The position numbers and the translations under genes were made by a program. A DNA stretch of 25,737 nucleotides, taken from IMG/VR virus record IMGVR_UViG_3300031631_000019, positions 1 to 25,737 of that record; one strand, given 5' to 3'. This DNA is from a virus. Lineage: Duplodnaviria; Caudoviricetes. Positions within the stretch are counted from its first letter, which is position 1. Every line of letters begins with the position of its first letter. This document shows, piece after piece, positions 25,149 to 25,737 of the stretch. Under the pieces are notes generated by a model. The model was not told where the DNA came from. It did not search any database and was given only the letters and a program-made list of their open reading frames with translations.

Positions 25149-25463
25149 ATGAATAAAGAATTATTGGCAAGACAAGAAGTAGCACAAGAATTAGCACCAG
25201 CAACACAAGCAACACAAGACCAAAGATTTGACCTTATAATCAACACCGCTCGAGATATTAAAGTACACGCTTTCGATCTTAGCAATGAGTTAAGAGTTAA
25301 AGTATACCACCTGATAGGTGAGCAAACTACTCCTACTGATAAACCTCCAGAGTCGAACGAACCCTCTGTAGGCCTACAAAGTTGGGTGGACGAGGTGCTG
25401 CAAGTACAGGCTAAAACTCTGGAAATACTGGATGACGCCAGGATGAGGATTGACACGTTATAA
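25149..25463 (+). CDS. Hypothetical helical protein (104 aa)
   Basis: GAGGAG RBS before ATG 25149. The longer ORF call overlaps the hydrolase. Confidence 0.7.
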   Translation: MNKELLARQEVAQELAPATQATQDQRFDLIINTARDIKVHAFDLSNELRVKVYHLIGEQTTPTDKPPESNEPSVGLQSWVDEVLQVQAKTLEILDDARMRIDTL

Positions 25464-25583
25464 AGATGCCCCACTCTGACTGGTGACACAGAGAGCGGGG
25501 AGTAGGCGGTTTTGGCGAGCCGCCGACAATGGGGGTGAAAACGTTGTGTTAGTAGCCCCCGCACTTTAAAAGGAGAATGATAT

Positions 25584-25700
25584 ATGACCATGAAAAAGTT
25601 ATTGGCCGGCAATGATATGAAATTAGAGTCAATCGCCTTGGCAAACACAGTTTTGTCGGAGAATGATGTTACTCAGAAGGAGAAAATAATTTGTGGATAA
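25584..25700 (+). CDS. Small hypothetical protein (38 aa)
   Basis: AAGGAG RBS, MTMKKLLAGNDMKLES...IICG, overlapping the next start. Confidence 0.5.
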   Translation: MTMKKLLAGNDMKLESIALANTVLSENDVTQKEKIICG

Positions 25701-25737
25701 TCCCAAACAACTACCAACTATCCTCAGTTTTTGCACT
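25693..25737 (+). CDS. Probable start of a C5 cytosine DNA methyltransferase (partial)
   Basis: AAGGAG RBS and GTG start. MDNPKQLPTILSFCT resembles the lead-in to motif I (LSLCTGYGG), but only 15 codons are visible. Confidence 0.4.
   Translation, partial: MDNPKQLPTILSFCT

Noticed and set aside
25692-25700. Perfect DnaA box TGTGGATAA
   Set aside because: A single copy inside a start/stop overlap, most likely coincidental.

Overview
Part of a tailed dsDNA phage genome (podovirus-like) with two divergent arms. The minus-strand arm (13811 down to <1) holds packaging and virion genes: terS, terL, P22-like portal, scaffold, DUF5309-type major capsid, adaptor, tail tube/hub protein and two tail fibres. 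The plus-strand arm (14745 to >25737) holds small early genes, a truncated beta-clamp-like protein, a PrimPol/SF3 helicase, an MT-A70 methyltransferase, an APSE-type DUF2800/DUF2815/PolA replication module, a SleB-like hydrolase and probably the start of a C5 methyltransferase. Between the arms is a ~0.9 kb non-coding control region (13812-14744) with promoters, three different tandem repeats, a long inverted repeat around an AT-rich core, a strong GTAC excess and a CRISPR-sized repeat pair. Most striking: the tail fibre gene and the DNA polymerase gene are each broken by a +1 phase change at near-identical 17-nt sites (GGAKACTTAGWAYGCYT), and a third gene has an in-frame TAG. Programmed recoding, natural gene splitting and motif-dependent sequencing error cannot be separated from the sequence alone. 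All family names come from motif recognition by eye, not from database searches.
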